Assembly: GCA_023386835.1 (NCBI GenBank)
Contig: JAEWIY010000018.1
Span: 14,130-78,129 of the forward strand
Source of the DNA: Verrucomicrobiota bacterium
GTDB taxonomy: Bacteria; Verrucomicrobiota; Verrucomicrobiia; Opitutales; Opitutaceae
Length of the DNA stretch: 64,000 nt
Direction: 5' to 3'
Numbering within the stretch: the first letter of the stretch is position 1; every line of letters begins with the position of its first letter. The notes beneath the pieces were generated by a model. It was not told the DNA's origin. It saw only the letters and a list, made by a program, of their open reading frames with translations, and did not search any database. Both the position numbers and the translations under genes were made by a program. Of the stretch, positions 38,680 to 49,728 are shown piece after piece.

Positions 38680-39744
38680 TCAAACCGCGGCGGGCAATTT
38701 TGCGCTCACGGCCTGATACACGGGATCGACCCCGATCTTGCGCACGCAGTAGCTGAAGTACGAGTCCTCCTTCACGCACGGACCCGGCAGCTCGGATGCC
38801 GGGAAACAGGAGCAGGGCAGCTCCGTCTGGAGGAGGACGTGGCCGTCGCCGATCGGACGCCAGACCGTGGCGTTTTGGGAGCCGTAAAGCGCCACCACCT
38901 GCGTTCCCACCCCGGCAGCGAGGTGCATGGGGCCGCTGTCATGACAGAGCAGCACGGGAAACTGGGCAAACAGGGCCGCCAGTTCCGGCACACTCAGGTC
39001 CCGATCAATCCAGACCACGTGGGTGTTGGTGTGTGAGCGGATCTCTTCGATGAACGCACGCTCAGCCCGACCACCGACAAGGAAGATCTGGGTGCCGCGT
39101 TCGTCCTGCAGTCGGTCGCAAACTTCCGCAAACCGTTCCGCCGGCCAGCGCCGATACGCGCTCCGGCTGCCCGGATGCACAACGAGTTTGTTTCCACCGG
39201 CGCCACCGACCAGTCGCTGCATTGCTTCCACTTCGGCCTGTCGCAGTCGGAACCGCGGCACGGTGGTGGTCACCGGCACCCCGACAGGCGCCAGCAACGC
39301 GTCGTAAATCTCGGTGATGTGGTGAGTGTCGTACCACTCCGGCGTCATGCGGGCAGCGTCGGTGTAAACCCAAGGGTGCCGAAACGGAAATTTCGGGTGC
39401 GCGCCGCGGTCGAATGTCACGCGCACCGGCGCACCGCTCAGCCAAGTGAACAACGCCGTCTTGTCGCGATTATCGGCATCCAGCACGTGCGTGAAGCGCT
39501 CTCGCCGGAGCCGTCGGATAAACGACCACCATTCCGACGCCCGTCGCGGAAAGGTGACGATCTCGTCCAGTTCGCCAAGCAACGCGGCTCCGCCGAGGTA
39601 GGCTTGGTCAACGAGAAGCACCAGCCGGGCGTGGGGCCAGTGTTGGCGAAGGTTGCGCAGGAACGAGCTGAGGAGGATGACATCCCCGAGGTAGCGGCGA
39701 CGGATGACGAGGATGCGGGGCGCGGCTTCGGCGGAGTCAGGCAT
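38680..39744 (-). CDS. Family 9 glycosyltransferase (LPS heptosyltransferase)
   Basis: ILVIRRRYLGDVILLSSFLRNL N-terminus and the C-terminal HDSGPMHLAAGVGT motif. Confidence 0.8.
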   Translation of the reverse strand: MPDSAEAAPRILVIRRRYLGDVILLSSFLRNLRQHWPHARLVLLVDQAYLGGAALLGELDEIVTFPRRASEWWSFIRRLRRERFTHVLDADNRDKTALFTWLSGAPVRVTFDRGAHPKFPFRHPWVYTDAARMTPEWYDTHHITEIYDALLAPVGVPVTTTVPRFRLRQAEVEAMQRLVGGAGGNKLVVHPGSRSAYRRWPAERFAEVCDRLQDERGTQIFLVGGRAERAFIEEIRSHTNTHVVWIDRDLSVPELAALFAQFPVLLCHDSGPMHLAAGVGTQVVALYGSQNATVWRPIGDGHVLLQTELPCSCFPASELPGPCVKEDSYFSYCVRKIGVDPVYQAVSAKLPAAV

Positions 39745-39892
39745 GCAAACAAAAAGGCGGCCGCATTATTGCGTGGGGAGCAGCCTCTGGCGCACGGAAA
39801 TTCGTTTCGTCCTCGCTCCCAGATCCGTGGCTAAGCCGCGAAAGGGGCAACGAGTGTCGCTGCGTCTGGCCGCGAACGGCCGCGTTCGCGTT

Positions 39893-40594
39893 TTAGCCGT
39901 GACGCAGCGCCAGCCACTCAGTCTCGCCAAACCGGTCAGCCGGAAGCGCACGGGTCACCTTGTGCAGGGAACGCTTGAGCCGGGACCAGTTGGACTCGAT
40001 CCACATGCCCGGTCGGCGGATCGCGCCCCGATCGAAGTCGATTAGATAGACCTGCTCCTCGCGATCGATCAGGATGTTATGCGCGTTCAGATCGGCGTGG
40101 TAGATGCCGTGTTGGTGAAACGAGCGCACACAGGCGCCGACGGCGCGCCAGAGCGGCAGGGGCACCGGTCCGTCCTGAAGCTGGGACGCGAGCGAGCGGG
40201 TTCCGGGAAGGTGACCGGTGATCAAGTCCGAACGATAAACGAGTCCGCGGCGCTCGTACACGGCCGCGACCGGGGTGGGCACCGGCAGGCCGAGCCCGTG
40301 CAGGTGTTGCAACAGCCGCCATTCGCGAAAAGCCCGCGTGCGCGCCGCGCCCAGCCAGACATACGAATCGCGCACCACGCGGCCACACCAGCCGCCGCGT
40401 CGGTTATGCCGCCAAACCCAGGAGCGACTCGCCTGTTGGATCAAGCCGACGCCACCTCGACCTGCCACATCGCCCAACGGAGTGCTCGAGGCCGCGAGTC
40501 CGCGTTTGATCAAGGCGGAGAGCGCGCCCGGGCTCACTTTGTCGGGGTCGAACAGAGCGGCGCCGGAAGGAAAGTGGAGAAACTGGACGGGCAT
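39893..40594 (-). CDS. kdkA: 3-deoxy-D-manno-octulosonic acid (Kdo) kinase
   Basis: HADLNAHNILID...YLIDFDRG...NWSRLKRSLHK is collinear with Haemophilus KdkA (HTDLNAHNILL...LLDFDK...NLNRLKRSFEK). ATG at 40594. Confidence 0.8.
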   Translation of the reverse strand: MPVQFLHFPSGAALFDPDKVSPGALSALIKRGLAASSTPLGDVAGRGGVGLIQQASRSWVWRHNRRGGWCGRVVRDSYVWLGAARTRAFREWRLLQHLHGLGLPVPTPVAAVYERRGLVYRSDLITGHLPGTRSLASQLQDGPVPLPLWRAVGACVRSFHQHGIYHADLNAHNILIDREEQVYLIDFDRGAIRRPGMWIESNWSRLKRSLHKVTRALPADRFGETEWLALRHG

Positions 40595-40671
40595 CGATGG
40601 AGGGGCGATAGGCGGGTTCCCCTCGACAGTGGGGCAGATTTCGGCGAATTGCCCCGTCCGCAAGAATTATC

Positions 40672-41748
40672 ATGCCATCTCCAGCGGCGCGAACGACTCA
40701 CCGACGAATCTGTATTCTTCGTCTGTCCGCGATTGGGGATGTCGCGCACACGGTCGCGGTCGTGCGGCGCCTGCAGGACACCTTTCCGGAGGCGCACCTG
40801 ACGTGGATCGTGGGGCGGATTGAGGCGGCGGTGGCAGCCTTGGTTCCGGAGATCGAAGTGGTCGTGGTGGACAAACGCCGCCCCCTGCACGAGCTGCTGC
40901 GCCTGCGCCGGCTTTTCCGCGGGAAACCCTTCGACGAACTGCTGCACATGCAGATCGCCTTCCGGGCCAACCTGCTGAGCCTGGGCGTGCCCGCTCGTCG
41001 GCGCTGGGGTTTCGATTCGGTCCGCGCCAAGGAAGGTCACAGCTGGGTCGTCAACCAGCAGGTCCCGCCGGCCGCGCCACCGGGTGAACACGTGCTCGAC
41101 GGGCTGATGCGCTTTCCTTTGGCGCTCGGTGCCCAGCCGCGCGCGCCCCGCTGGGACCTCGCGCTGCCAGCCGAGGCTCTGGCGTGGGTCGAACAGGCGA
41201 TCGCCGGTGACCGTCCCATTCTCGCGGTGAATGGCTGCGCCAGCCGCGCGGTGCGGGACTGGCAACCCGAGCGCTACGCCGCCGTGGCGCGGCATGCGAT
41301 GGATACACACGGGTTGCAAGTGGTGCTGTGCGGCGGCCCGGCCGAACGAGAACGTGCCATGAGTCGGGTCGTCGCGCAGGCGCTGGGCCGGCCGGTCATC
41401 GACCTGGTGGGACGCACGACGTTGGCGCAGTTGTTGGCGGTGCTGAAGCGGTCGACGGCGTTGATCAGTCCAGACTCGGGGCCGGTGCATCTGGCGACGG
41501 CTGTGGGGACTCCGGTGATCGGATTATACGGCGTGAGCAACGTCCGCCGGACCGGTCCGGCAGTGGATGCGCAATGGTGCGTCGACCGACGCGACGCGGC
41601 CGCCCGGCGTTTTCTGGGGAGGCCGGCGTCCGAGTTGCGTTGGTCAGAACCGGTGCCGGGCGGCATGGACCTGATCGAGACGGCCGACGTGATCGAACGG
41701 CTCGACGCGTTGATGCGCCACGTGGGAACGGAACGCCGCCGCAGCTAA
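40672..41748 (+). CDS. Family 9 glycosyltransferase (LPS heptosyltransferase, WaaC/WaaF-like)
   Basis: ILRLSAIGDVAHTVAVVRRL and PDSGPVHLATAVGTPVIGLYG. Confidence 0.8.
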   Translation: MPSPAARTTHRRICILRLSAIGDVAHTVAVVRRLQDTFPEAHLTWIVGRIEAAVAALVPEIEVVVVDKRRPLHELLRLRRLFRGKPFDELLHMQIAFRANLLSLGVPARRRWGFDSVRAKEGHSWVVNQQVPPAAPPGEHVLDGLMRFPLALGAQPRAPRWDLALPAEALAWVEQAIAGDRPILAVNGCASRAVRDWQPERYAAVARHAMDTHGLQVVLCGGPAERERAMSRVVAQALGRPVIDLVGRTTLAQLLAVLKRSTALISPDSGPVHLATAVGTPVIGLYGVSNVRRTGPAVDAQWCVDRRDAAARRFLGRPASELRWSEPVPGGMDLIETADVIERLDALMRHVGTERRRS

Positions 41749-41772
41749 CCGCGGCCAAGAAGTGCGTGCAGC

Positions 41773-43512
41773 TCAGGCCAGCTGCCGGTCGTACAAATTC
41801 CGGTACAACGGGGTGTTTTCGTAGAGTTCGCCGTGTGAACCCTGGGCAACAATGCGCCCCTGTTCGAACACGAGGATCATCGAGGCGTCGCGAATTGTCG
41901 AAAAGCGGTGGGCGATGATCAGGACGGTGCGGCCGATCATGAGCCGACGCAGCGCCTCTTGCACGGCCGATTCGCTTTCACTATCCAGCGCGCTTGTCGC
42001 CTCATCCAGCACGAGGATCGGTGCCTGCCGGAGAAAAGCCCGCGCCAACGCGATTCGCTGCCGTTGGCCGCCTGAAAGCTGCGCGCCGCGTTCGCCGACC
42101 ATCGTCTCGAAGCCCTGCGGCAGATCCCGGATGAAGGGGTAGGCCGAGGCGTCGCGCGCAGCCTGCTCGACCTGCTCTCGGGTCGCGTCCGCGCGCCCGA
42201 TCAGGAGGTTGTTGAAGATCGTGTCGTTGAAGAGCACGGGCTCCTGCGAGACGATCGCGACCTGTCGGCGCAGGTCCTGCAGGCGGAAGGAGCGGACGTC
42301 GTGGCCGTCAATGCGAACGGCCCCGGACGTCGCGTCAAAGAAGCGCGGAACCAGGCTCGCGAACGTGCTCTTGCCCGCGCCGCTCGGTCCCACCAGGGCG
42401 CAGACGGTGCCGGCCGGAATGCGCACGGTGATGTCGCGCAGCACCGCCTCGCCATCACGGTAGGCGAAACCCACGTGATCGAACTGCACGTCCCCGTGTA
42501 GCCGGTCGATGGAGACGGGTTCGGCCGGGTCCGCGATCGTGACGGGCTCGTGGAGCACGACTTCGAGACGCTCCAGGGCCGCGATACCGCGCTTCAACTC
42601 GTTGTTCAGGTTCCCGAGCTTTTTGATCGGCTCGTAGCTGAGATAGAGCGCGGTGACGATTGCGATGAACGTCTCCAGCGGCACGTTCGTGAGGTAGGCA
42701 AAAACCAGCGTGAAACCGATGCCGGCCGCCGCGATGAACTCGATCGCGGGGGTCAGCGCCTGGGCGTACTTCACGATTTTCATCTGCGACTGCACGAGCG
42801 CCGCGGTCAGCACGCCGAACCGCGCTGTCTCGCGCGCTTCGAGGCTGAAGGCCCGGACTTCACGGGCGGCCGAGAGGTTTTCGGCAAAGACGCTGGTCAC
42901 CGAGCCGAGTTGGGCCTGCAGCTGTTGCGCCCGTTTCACGACTTTGCGGCCGATGTACCGGATCGGCAGGACTGTCAGGGGCACCACGAGCATCGAGAGC
43001 AGCACCAGCGCGACACCTTCCGTCGCCACCGCCTGCCAGCCGAGCCAGCCCAGCGCGCCGACGAGCACCACCGGTTGTTTGACGCCGTCGTTGGCCAGCA
43101 GCGTCAACGCGTATTGGAGCTGCGCCGTGTCCGCCAGGCCCCGCGAGATCAGGTCGCCGGTCTGCCGGTTTTGCACGAAGGAAAGGGGCAGCCGCTGCAA
43201 TTGCCGGAAGTAATCGAGGCGCAGCGCCTCGAGAATCTTCACCCCGGCCAACTGCGTGTAGTAGGAGTTCAGATACCCCGTCGTCGCCCGGATGAGAAAG
43301 GCGAGGGGGATGCACGCCGCGATCAGGAGGAGCGTGCTGAGGGCCAGATTCTCGGCTTTGAAGATGGCCGGGAAAACGGTGCTCACCAGCAGCGGAATGC
43401 CGCTGCCACTGCTGACACCGTAAAGGATGGCGAAGACGATCGCCGCCGTCACCTCGCCGCGGACCCGGGCGAGATAATGAAAGTACGGTTTTAGCCGGCG
43501 AAGCTGGCGCAT
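41773..43512 (-). CDS. msbA: ABC exporter, fused permease/ATPase (MsbA-like lipid A flippase)
   Basis: Six TM segments plus an NBD. Walker A GPSGAGKST, signature LSGGQRQRIA, Walker B ILVLDEATSALD. It is adjacent to the LPS core genes. Confidence 0.8.
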   Translation of the reverse strand: MRQLRRLKPYFHYLARVRGEVTAAIVFAILYGVSSGSGIPLLVSTVFPAIFKAENLALSTLLLIAACIPLAFLIRATTGYLNSYYTQLAGVKILEALRLDYFRQLQRLPLSFVQNRQTGDLISRGLADTAQLQYALTLLANDGVKQPVVLVGALGWLGWQAVATEGVALVLLSMLVVPLTVLPIRYIGRKVVKRAQQLQAQLGSVTSVFAENLSAAREVRAFSLEARETARFGVLTAALVQSQMKIVKYAQALTPAIEFIAAAGIGFTLVFAYLTNVPLETFIAIVTALYLSYEPIKKLGNLNNELKRGIAALERLEVVLHEPVTIADPAEPVSIDRLHGDVQFDHVGFAYRDGEAVLRDITVRIPAGTVCALVGPSGAGKSTFASLVPRFFDATSGAVRIDGHDVRSFRLQDLRRQVAIVSQEPVLFNDTIFNNLLIGRADATREQVEQAARDASAYPFIRDLPQGFETMVGERGAQLSGGQRQRIALARAFLRQAPILVLDEATSALDSESESAVQEALRRLMIGRTVLIIAHRFSTIRDASMILVFEQGRIVAQGSHGELYENTPLYRNLYDRQLA

Positions 43513-43633
43513 CAGACCGCCGAGCCTACGGGGCGCGCTCGGTGAGCTTCAATGGTTTTGCTCGCGCCGCGTGGTCGAGGTCTTGCTGGACGCTGATCTC
43601 GATCGGTCCGCGAGGAGGGAGCGCGGGGCGGGC

Positions 43634-44542
43634 TCAGTCCTTCGACGCGCGCACATCGAGAGCGTCACGCAGGCCGTCACCAAGGAAGTTGAGGGAGAAC
43701 AGGGTCAGAGAGAAAACCGACGCCGGGAAGATGAGCAGCCACGGATACTCTTCCATTTTCTCCGCGCCGTCCTTGATCAACACGCCCCAGGAACTCAGCG
43801 GCGGTTGCACACCGAGGCCGAGGAAGCTGAGGAACGCCTCGAGCAGCATGACCGCCGGGATCGTCAACGTCGTGTAGACGATGATTGGTCCGAGCACGTT
43901 GGGAATCATGTGGCGGAAGATGATCCGGCGTTTGCCGAGCCCGAGCGAACGGGCGGCTTCGATGAACTCCATTCGTTTGAGCGACAGGATCTGCCCGCGG
44001 ACGATGCGCGCCATCGTCAGCCATTCCACCGCGCCGATCGCGACAAAGAGGAGCACGATGTTCCGGCCGAAAAACACCATCAGCAGGATGACGAAGATCG
44101 TGAAAGGCAGCGCGTACATGATGTCGACCAGGCGCATCATCACGCTGTCCGTCTTGCCGCCGAAGAACCCGGCGACCGCACCGTAAACGACGCCGATCGT
44201 CAGCGCCACGAGCGTGGCGCAGAGTCCGACGCCGATGGAAATGCGCCCACCAACGAGCATCCGCACCAGGAGGTCGCGCCCCAACGTGTCCGTGCCGAGC
44301 CAATGATCCGCGCTGGGCGCACTGGCGCCGAGGCTCAGGTCCTGTTGTTCATAACTGTACGACGACAGCAGCGGCCCAAAGGTGCAGGCGATTGCGAGCA
44401 GGATCAGCACCACGCCGCCGAACACGGCCAGCTTGTTGCGTGCGAGCCGATGCCAGGCATCACGCCACAAGGAGGATCCGACCTCCACGTGGTCGGCCTC
44501 GGGAGTGATGGCGGGTATTTCAGCGGACGGAACCGTGGTCAT
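43634..44542 (-). CDS. oppC: Oligopeptide/dipeptide ABC transporter permease (OppC/DppC type)
   Basis: BPD_transp_1 EAA loop (IEAARSLGLGKRRIIFRH). ATG at 44542. The ORF-track start at 44581 is TTG. Confidence 0.85.
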   Translation of the reverse strand: MTTVPSAEIPAITPEADHVEVGSSLWRDAWHRLARNKLAVFGGVVLILLAIACTFGPLLSSYSYEQQDLSLGASAPSADHWLGTDTLGRDLLVRMLVGGRISIGVGLCATLVALTIGVVYGAVAGFFGGKTDSVMMRLVDIMYALPFTIFVILLMVFFGRNIVLLFVAIGAVEWLTMARIVRGQILSLKRMEFIEAARSLGLGKRRIIFRHMIPNVLGPIIVYTTLTIPAVMLLEAFLSFLGLGVQPPLSSWGVLIKDGAEKMEEYPWLLIFPASVFSLTLFSLNFLGDGLRDALDVRASKD

Positions 44543-44673
44543 GGCAGAGGCGAGAGGCAGTAAGCGGTAAGCTTTGGGCAATCGGCGAAAGGCGGGTGGG
44601 GCATCGGACTTGGGAGCCTGGAGCTTACAGCTTGAAGCCCTCAGCCCGCAGCCTCGGGTCTGCCGCCTTCAGC

Positions 44674-45591
<918 letters not shown>

Positions 45592-45614
45592 ACGAAATCA
45601 GCTCCTGACCACGT

Positions 45615-47225
45615 TCATTCCTTCAGGTCGACGAACTTCCAGGCGCGGTTGTCGAGCACGTTGGCCGGCCAGCCAGTCACCTTCGGGCTGAGCGCGTAAA
45701 CGCGGGTGTAGAAGTAAATCGGGATGATCGGCAGCTCGCGAGCGATGATCTCTTCCATCTGCTGATAGATCTCGAGGCGCTCGTCATTGGTGGCGGCGCG
45801 GAAGGACGCTTGGAGGAGCCGATCGTACTCGGGGTTGGAGAATCCGGTGTCGTTGTTGCCCCCGTTGGTCACCCACATGTCCATGAACGTGTTGGGATCC
45901 GTGTAGTCGGCAATCCAGCCGGCGCGCGCGATGTCGTACTGTTTCTCGTCCTGCGCATCGAGGTAGACTTTCCACTCCTGGTTGATCAGCCCGATGTTGA
46001 TGCCGAGATTCTGCCGCCACATCTGCTGGATCGCTTCGGCGATCACGCGGTGGTTCTCGTTGGTGTTGTAGAGGATCTCCAGGCGGGGAAAGCCCTCGCC
46101 GCCGGGGAAGCCGGCTTCAGCCAACAGCTGCTGGGCGGTGGCGAGATCGCCTTGCAGGCGGGCGCGCGATTTGAAGTCGTCCGAAGGCGGGCAAAAATTG
46201 TAGGCAGGCTGCTGGCCTCCCCGCACCACGTTCTCCACGAGGGACTCGCGGTCGATCGCGAGCGCCAGCGCGCGCCGGACCCGCACGTCGTCCAATGGCG
46301 GCCGGGTCAGGTTGAGCCGGTAGAAATAGACGCCATAGTAGGGATCCTGTCGATACGACTCGGGATGCTGCTGCCGGTAGACGGGAATTTTCGACAGGGG
46401 AAGTTCGTTCGTTCGGTGCAGCTGGCCCGTGCGGAACATGCGTTCCTCGGTCTCGATGCTGTCGACCGGATAGAACCGGATCGCGTCGAGCTTCACGCGG
46501 TCCCGATCCCAGTAGGTGGGCGACCGCGTGACCATGATCTCGCGATTGGGTACCCACGTTTTCATGACAAACGGTCCGTTGCCGACGATGTTCTCGGCCC
46601 GGGTCCAGGCGGTGCCCTTGCGCGCGAGGCCGTCGAATTTTTCCACCGTGGGAATGTGCACGGGAAACCACGCGTAATGCTTCATCGCCTCGAGCAGGAA
46701 GGGCGTGCGATAGCGCATCGTCAGCTGGAGGGTGTGCGCATCGAGGGCCTTGAACCCGACTTGCGAGAAGTCGGTGAGGCGGCCGGCGTGGTAGTCCTCG
46801 GCGCCGGCCACATGAAACAGCTTGTAGGCGTATTCGGCGGCCAGTGACGCCGTGAGGATGCGCTGGTAGGAACGGACAAAATCCTGCGCGGTCACCGGGT
46901 CGCCGTTGGACCACTTGGCATCGTGCCGCAGGTGAAAGGTCCACTTCAGCCCGTCGTCGGATTCCTCCCAACGCTCGGCGACTCCGGGGGCGACGCCGGA
47001 ACCGGATTCGTCTTCGGTGACCAGGCCCTCGAACAGCGCGATCACCACCTTGTGCTCGGGCACGCCGGTGACAATCTGCGGATCGAGGTCCTGCGGCTCC
47101 GAGCCATTGCCGAAGTGCATGACCTTGCCTTGGTCCGAGCTCTTCCCGCCGCCTCCGCACCCCGCCAGGAGAAACAATGACCAGCTGAAGAAGAGGGCGG
47201 AGATGAACGTGGAGAATCGCGGCAT
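45615..47225 (-). CDS. Family 5 (peptide/nickel) ABC substrate-binding lipoprotein, paralogue 1
   Basis: Lipobox LLAGC. SBP_bac_5 pattern (AERWEESDDGLKWTFHLR...KWSNGDPVTAQDF). Confidence 0.85.
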   Translation of the reverse strand: MPRFSTFISALFFSWSLFLLAGCGGGGKSSDQGKVMHFGNGSEPQDLDPQIVTGVPEHKVVIALFEGLVTEDESGSGVAPGVAERWEESDDGLKWTFHLRHDAKWSNGDPVTAQDFVRSYQRILTASLAAEYAYKLFHVAGAEDYHAGRLTDFSQVGFKALDAHTLQLTMRYRTPFLLEAMKHYAWFPVHIPTVEKFDGLARKGTAWTRAENIVGNGPFVMKTWVPNREIMVTRSPTYWDRDRVKLDAIRFYPVDSIETEERMFRTGQLHRTNELPLSKIPVYRQQHPESYRQDPYYGVYFYRLNLTRPPLDDVRVRRALALAIDRESLVENVVRGGQQPAYNFCPPSDDFKSRARLQGDLATAQQLLAEAGFPGGEGFPRLEILYNTNENHRVIAEAIQQMWRQNLGINIGLINQEWKVYLDAQDEKQYDIARAGWIADYTDPNTFMDMWVTNGGNNDTGFSNPEYDRLLQASFRAATNDERLEIYQQMEEIIARELPIIPIYFYTRVYALSPKVTGWPANVLDNRAWKFVDLKE

Positions 47226-47376
47226 TTGCCCCTAGAGAGCAGGACGCGGGCCGCCAAGGGCAAGCCTGACCGGCGAGGGGCGGTCGAATCGACGACGAGT
47301 TAAACCGGGGCACGGTGGAGCCGCGACCGGCCAAGCGGGCCGCAACGAACCTCTCGTGCGGCCCCGGAAACGCTGC

Positions 47377-49023
47377 TCAGCGCCGCTTCAGCATCGCGTC
47401 GCGACGCGCCTTGAACTCACTGCCGCTTTTCCATTCCGGCCAACGCGAGGCATTTGCCACGGCCAAGCCCACATCGAACAGGAACTGCGCGTCCTGGGCC
47501 GTCGCACGAAAATCCCAGTCCGGCCCGATCTCGTCGCTGACCTTGTGGTAGTCGCGGGCGATGTATTCGGCGCGGCGCTGGTCAATGTAGTCCGGCGCGC
47601 GGTCGAGGGGCTCGCGTCCGGCTTTGGAGTAGAATGCCGGCACGCCGACCTTGGCGAACTCGAAGTGGTCGCTGCGGTAGAAGAAGCCTTTTTCCGCCTG
47701 CGTGTCCGGTGTGACGATGCGCCCGCTGGCCTTGGCAACTTCGGCGGCGATGTCCTCGATGGTGGTCGACCCGGAACCAATGACTTCGATATCGCGGGTG
47801 GTGGCAAAGATGTTGGCGCCGTCCATGTTGATGTTCGCGACCGTCTGGTGCAGCGGATACAACGGATTCTCGGCATAGTAACGGGAGCCGAGCAGTCCCT
47901 TTTCCTCCGCCGTCACGGCGAGCAAGATCAACGAACGCTCCGGGCGGCGGCTCTCGGGCAACTGGGCAAACTCGCGGGCCAGCTCCAGGAGCACGGCCAC
48001 GCCGCTCGCGTTGTCGAAGGCTCCGTTGAAGATCTGGTCGCCGGACATCCGCTCATCCATGCCGAGGTGATCCCAGTGGGCGGAGTAGATGACGTATTCG
48101 TCGCGGCGTTGCGGGTGCCGGCCCGGCAGACGGGCGACCACGTTCTTTGACGCGACTTCCCGGATTGCCGTATCCGCCTGGTAGTCGAGGGTGGCGCCGA
48201 GTGACACCGGTTGAAAATCGCGGCGGGCGGCCGCCTGTTTGAGCGCGGAAAGATCCTGGCCGGCGGCGTTGAAGAGTTTCTGCGCAAAGTCCCAGGTGAT
48301 CCACGACTCGAGCTCAACGCGGCCGCGATTTCCGTCCGCCGAGCGCAGGTCGAACGCCTCGCGCCCCTCGCCCGCGGCCAGGACCGCAAAGGGATAACCC
48401 GCCGGTCCGGTCTCATGGATGATGATGCACGCGGCGGCGCCGAGTTGGGAGGCGATCTCGTACTTGTACGTCCACCGGCCGTAATAGGTCATCGCCGGGC
48501 CGCGGAAGACGTTGGGGTCGAGCTTGCCGTCCGACATGGTCACGGGCGGGTCGTTAATCAGCATGACCACGGTTTTGCCCTTCACGTCGACGCCCTTGTA
48601 GTCGTCCCAGTCATACTCGGGCGCCTGCACGCCATAACCGACAAACACGACCTCTGTGCCGTCCCGGGCCACGTGCGGCTGCAGCCGGCGCGACAGACCG
48701 GTGTATTCAATCACTGGAGCCGGCGAGAGTTCCTGGTGGCCGGCGCGAAACGTGACCTGGGTGCGGGACGTCAGTCCAAGCAGGCCCACTTCCTGCACGA
48801 AGGTGCCGTCGGGGTTGCCCGGCTCCAGCCCCGCGGCGCGGAATTGCTCGATCAAGTACTGCACCGTCTTCTCTTCGCCGGCGGTGCCGGGAGCGCGACC
48901 CTCAAAGGCGTCGGCGGACAGCGCCTCCACGTGGGCGCGCAGACGTTCCGGAGAAGGTGCCGCCGCGGCCAGAGTGGCGAGTCCAAGGGTGGCAGCCGTG
49001 AACAGATGACGGAAGGGATGCAT
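47377..49023 (-). CDS. M28-family Zn aminopeptidase with PA domain, secreted
   Basis: Signal peptide. YSAHWDHLG, AFDNASGVAVLLELA, AEEKGLLGS and SDHFEF are metal ligands typical of M28. Confidence 0.8.
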   Translation of the reverse strand: MHPFRHLFTAATLGLATLAAAAPSPERLRAHVEALSADAFEGRAPGTAGEEKTVQYLIEQFRAAGLEPGNPDGTFVQEVGLLGLTSRTQVTFRAGHQELSPAPVIEYTGLSRRLQPHVARDGTEVVFVGYGVQAPEYDWDDYKGVDVKGKTVVMLINDPPVTMSDGKLDPNVFRGPAMTYYGRWTYKYEIASQLGAAACIIIHETGPAGYPFAVLAAGEGREAFDLRSADGNRGRVELESWITWDFAQKLFNAAGQDLSALKQAAARRDFQPVSLGATLDYQADTAIREVASKNVVARLPGRHPQRRDEYVIYSAHWDHLGMDERMSGDQIFNGAFDNASGVAVLLELAREFAQLPESRRPERSLILLAVTAEEKGLLGSRYYAENPLYPLHQTVANINMDGANIFATTRDIEVIGSGSTTIEDIAAEVAKASGRIVTPDTQAEKGFFYRSDHFEFAKVGVPAFYSKAGREPLDRAPDYIDQRRAEYIARDYHKVSDEIGPDWDFRATAQDAQFLFDVGLAVANASRWPEWKSGSEFKARRDAMLKRR

Positions 49024-49046
49024 GGTCACTAAAGAGCAGCTACGGT

Positions 49047-49715
49047 TTGTGGAGGCAAGGGGCAGCCCGGGGGCGTTCGGGCGAACCGGGGGCCGGGAAC
49101 CCGGTCGAACCGCCCGTGCGCAAGCTCTTCCTGCTTTCTCCAGCCAAGGTGAGCGGCGTGCGAGCGGGGCAGCTGCTTAATCCGGGCGCGTCCTTCCCCC
49201 TGGCGCGGCAGTTTCAGCGGGAGGGTTTGCCCTTGGCCGACGTCTTCACCTTCGCCAGCGGTCTCTATTTCCGCGGCAAAATGACTTATGCCCGTCGCTT
49301 CGCGACTGCGGACGACGTGATCCGGGTCATCACCTCGAATGCCGGCTTGCTCCCGCCGGAGACGCACGTGACCCCGGAATCGCTGCGCCGCTTCGGGATG
49401 GACGACATTGATGAAACCAACGTGCGTTACCGCACTCCGCTGCGCCGCGACGCCCAGGCACTGGCGGCGCAGCTTGACGCCTCCGGACAGGTGGTGCTGC
49501 TGGGGAGCATCGCAACCGCGAAGTACCGCGACGTGCTGCTTGAGGTGTTTGGTGAACGGTTGCTGTTTCCGCGCGATTTCGTCGGGCGGGGCGACATGAG
49601 CCGGGGCGGCCTGCTGCTGCGCCGGGCCCGGGAGGGCGCGGAACTGCCCTACGTTCCCGTGCTGGGCGCGGTCACGTCGGGGCGACGCGCTCCGCGGATC
49701 AGCGAGATGGGGTGA
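49047..49715 (+). CDS. Conserved-looking hypothetical protein (start uncertain: TTG 49047 or GTG 49116)
   Basis: Coding-like composition on the opposite strand to the flanking genes. VVLLGSIATAKYRDVLLEVFGERLLFPRDFVGRGDMSRGGLLL suggests an alpha/beta fold. I recognise no family. Confidence 0.4.
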   Translation: MWRQGAARGRSGEPGAGNPVEPPVRKLFLLSPAKVSGVRAGQLLNPGASFPLARQFQREGLPLADVFTFASGLYFRGKMTYARRFATADDVIRVITSNAGLLPPETHVTPESLRRFGMDDIDETNVRYRTPLRRDAQALAAQLDASGQVVLLGSIATAKYRDVLLEVFGERLLFPRDFVGRGDMSRGGLLLRRAREGAELPYVPVLGAVTSGRRAPRISEMG

Positions 49716-49728
49716 GCGCCGTAGTGTA

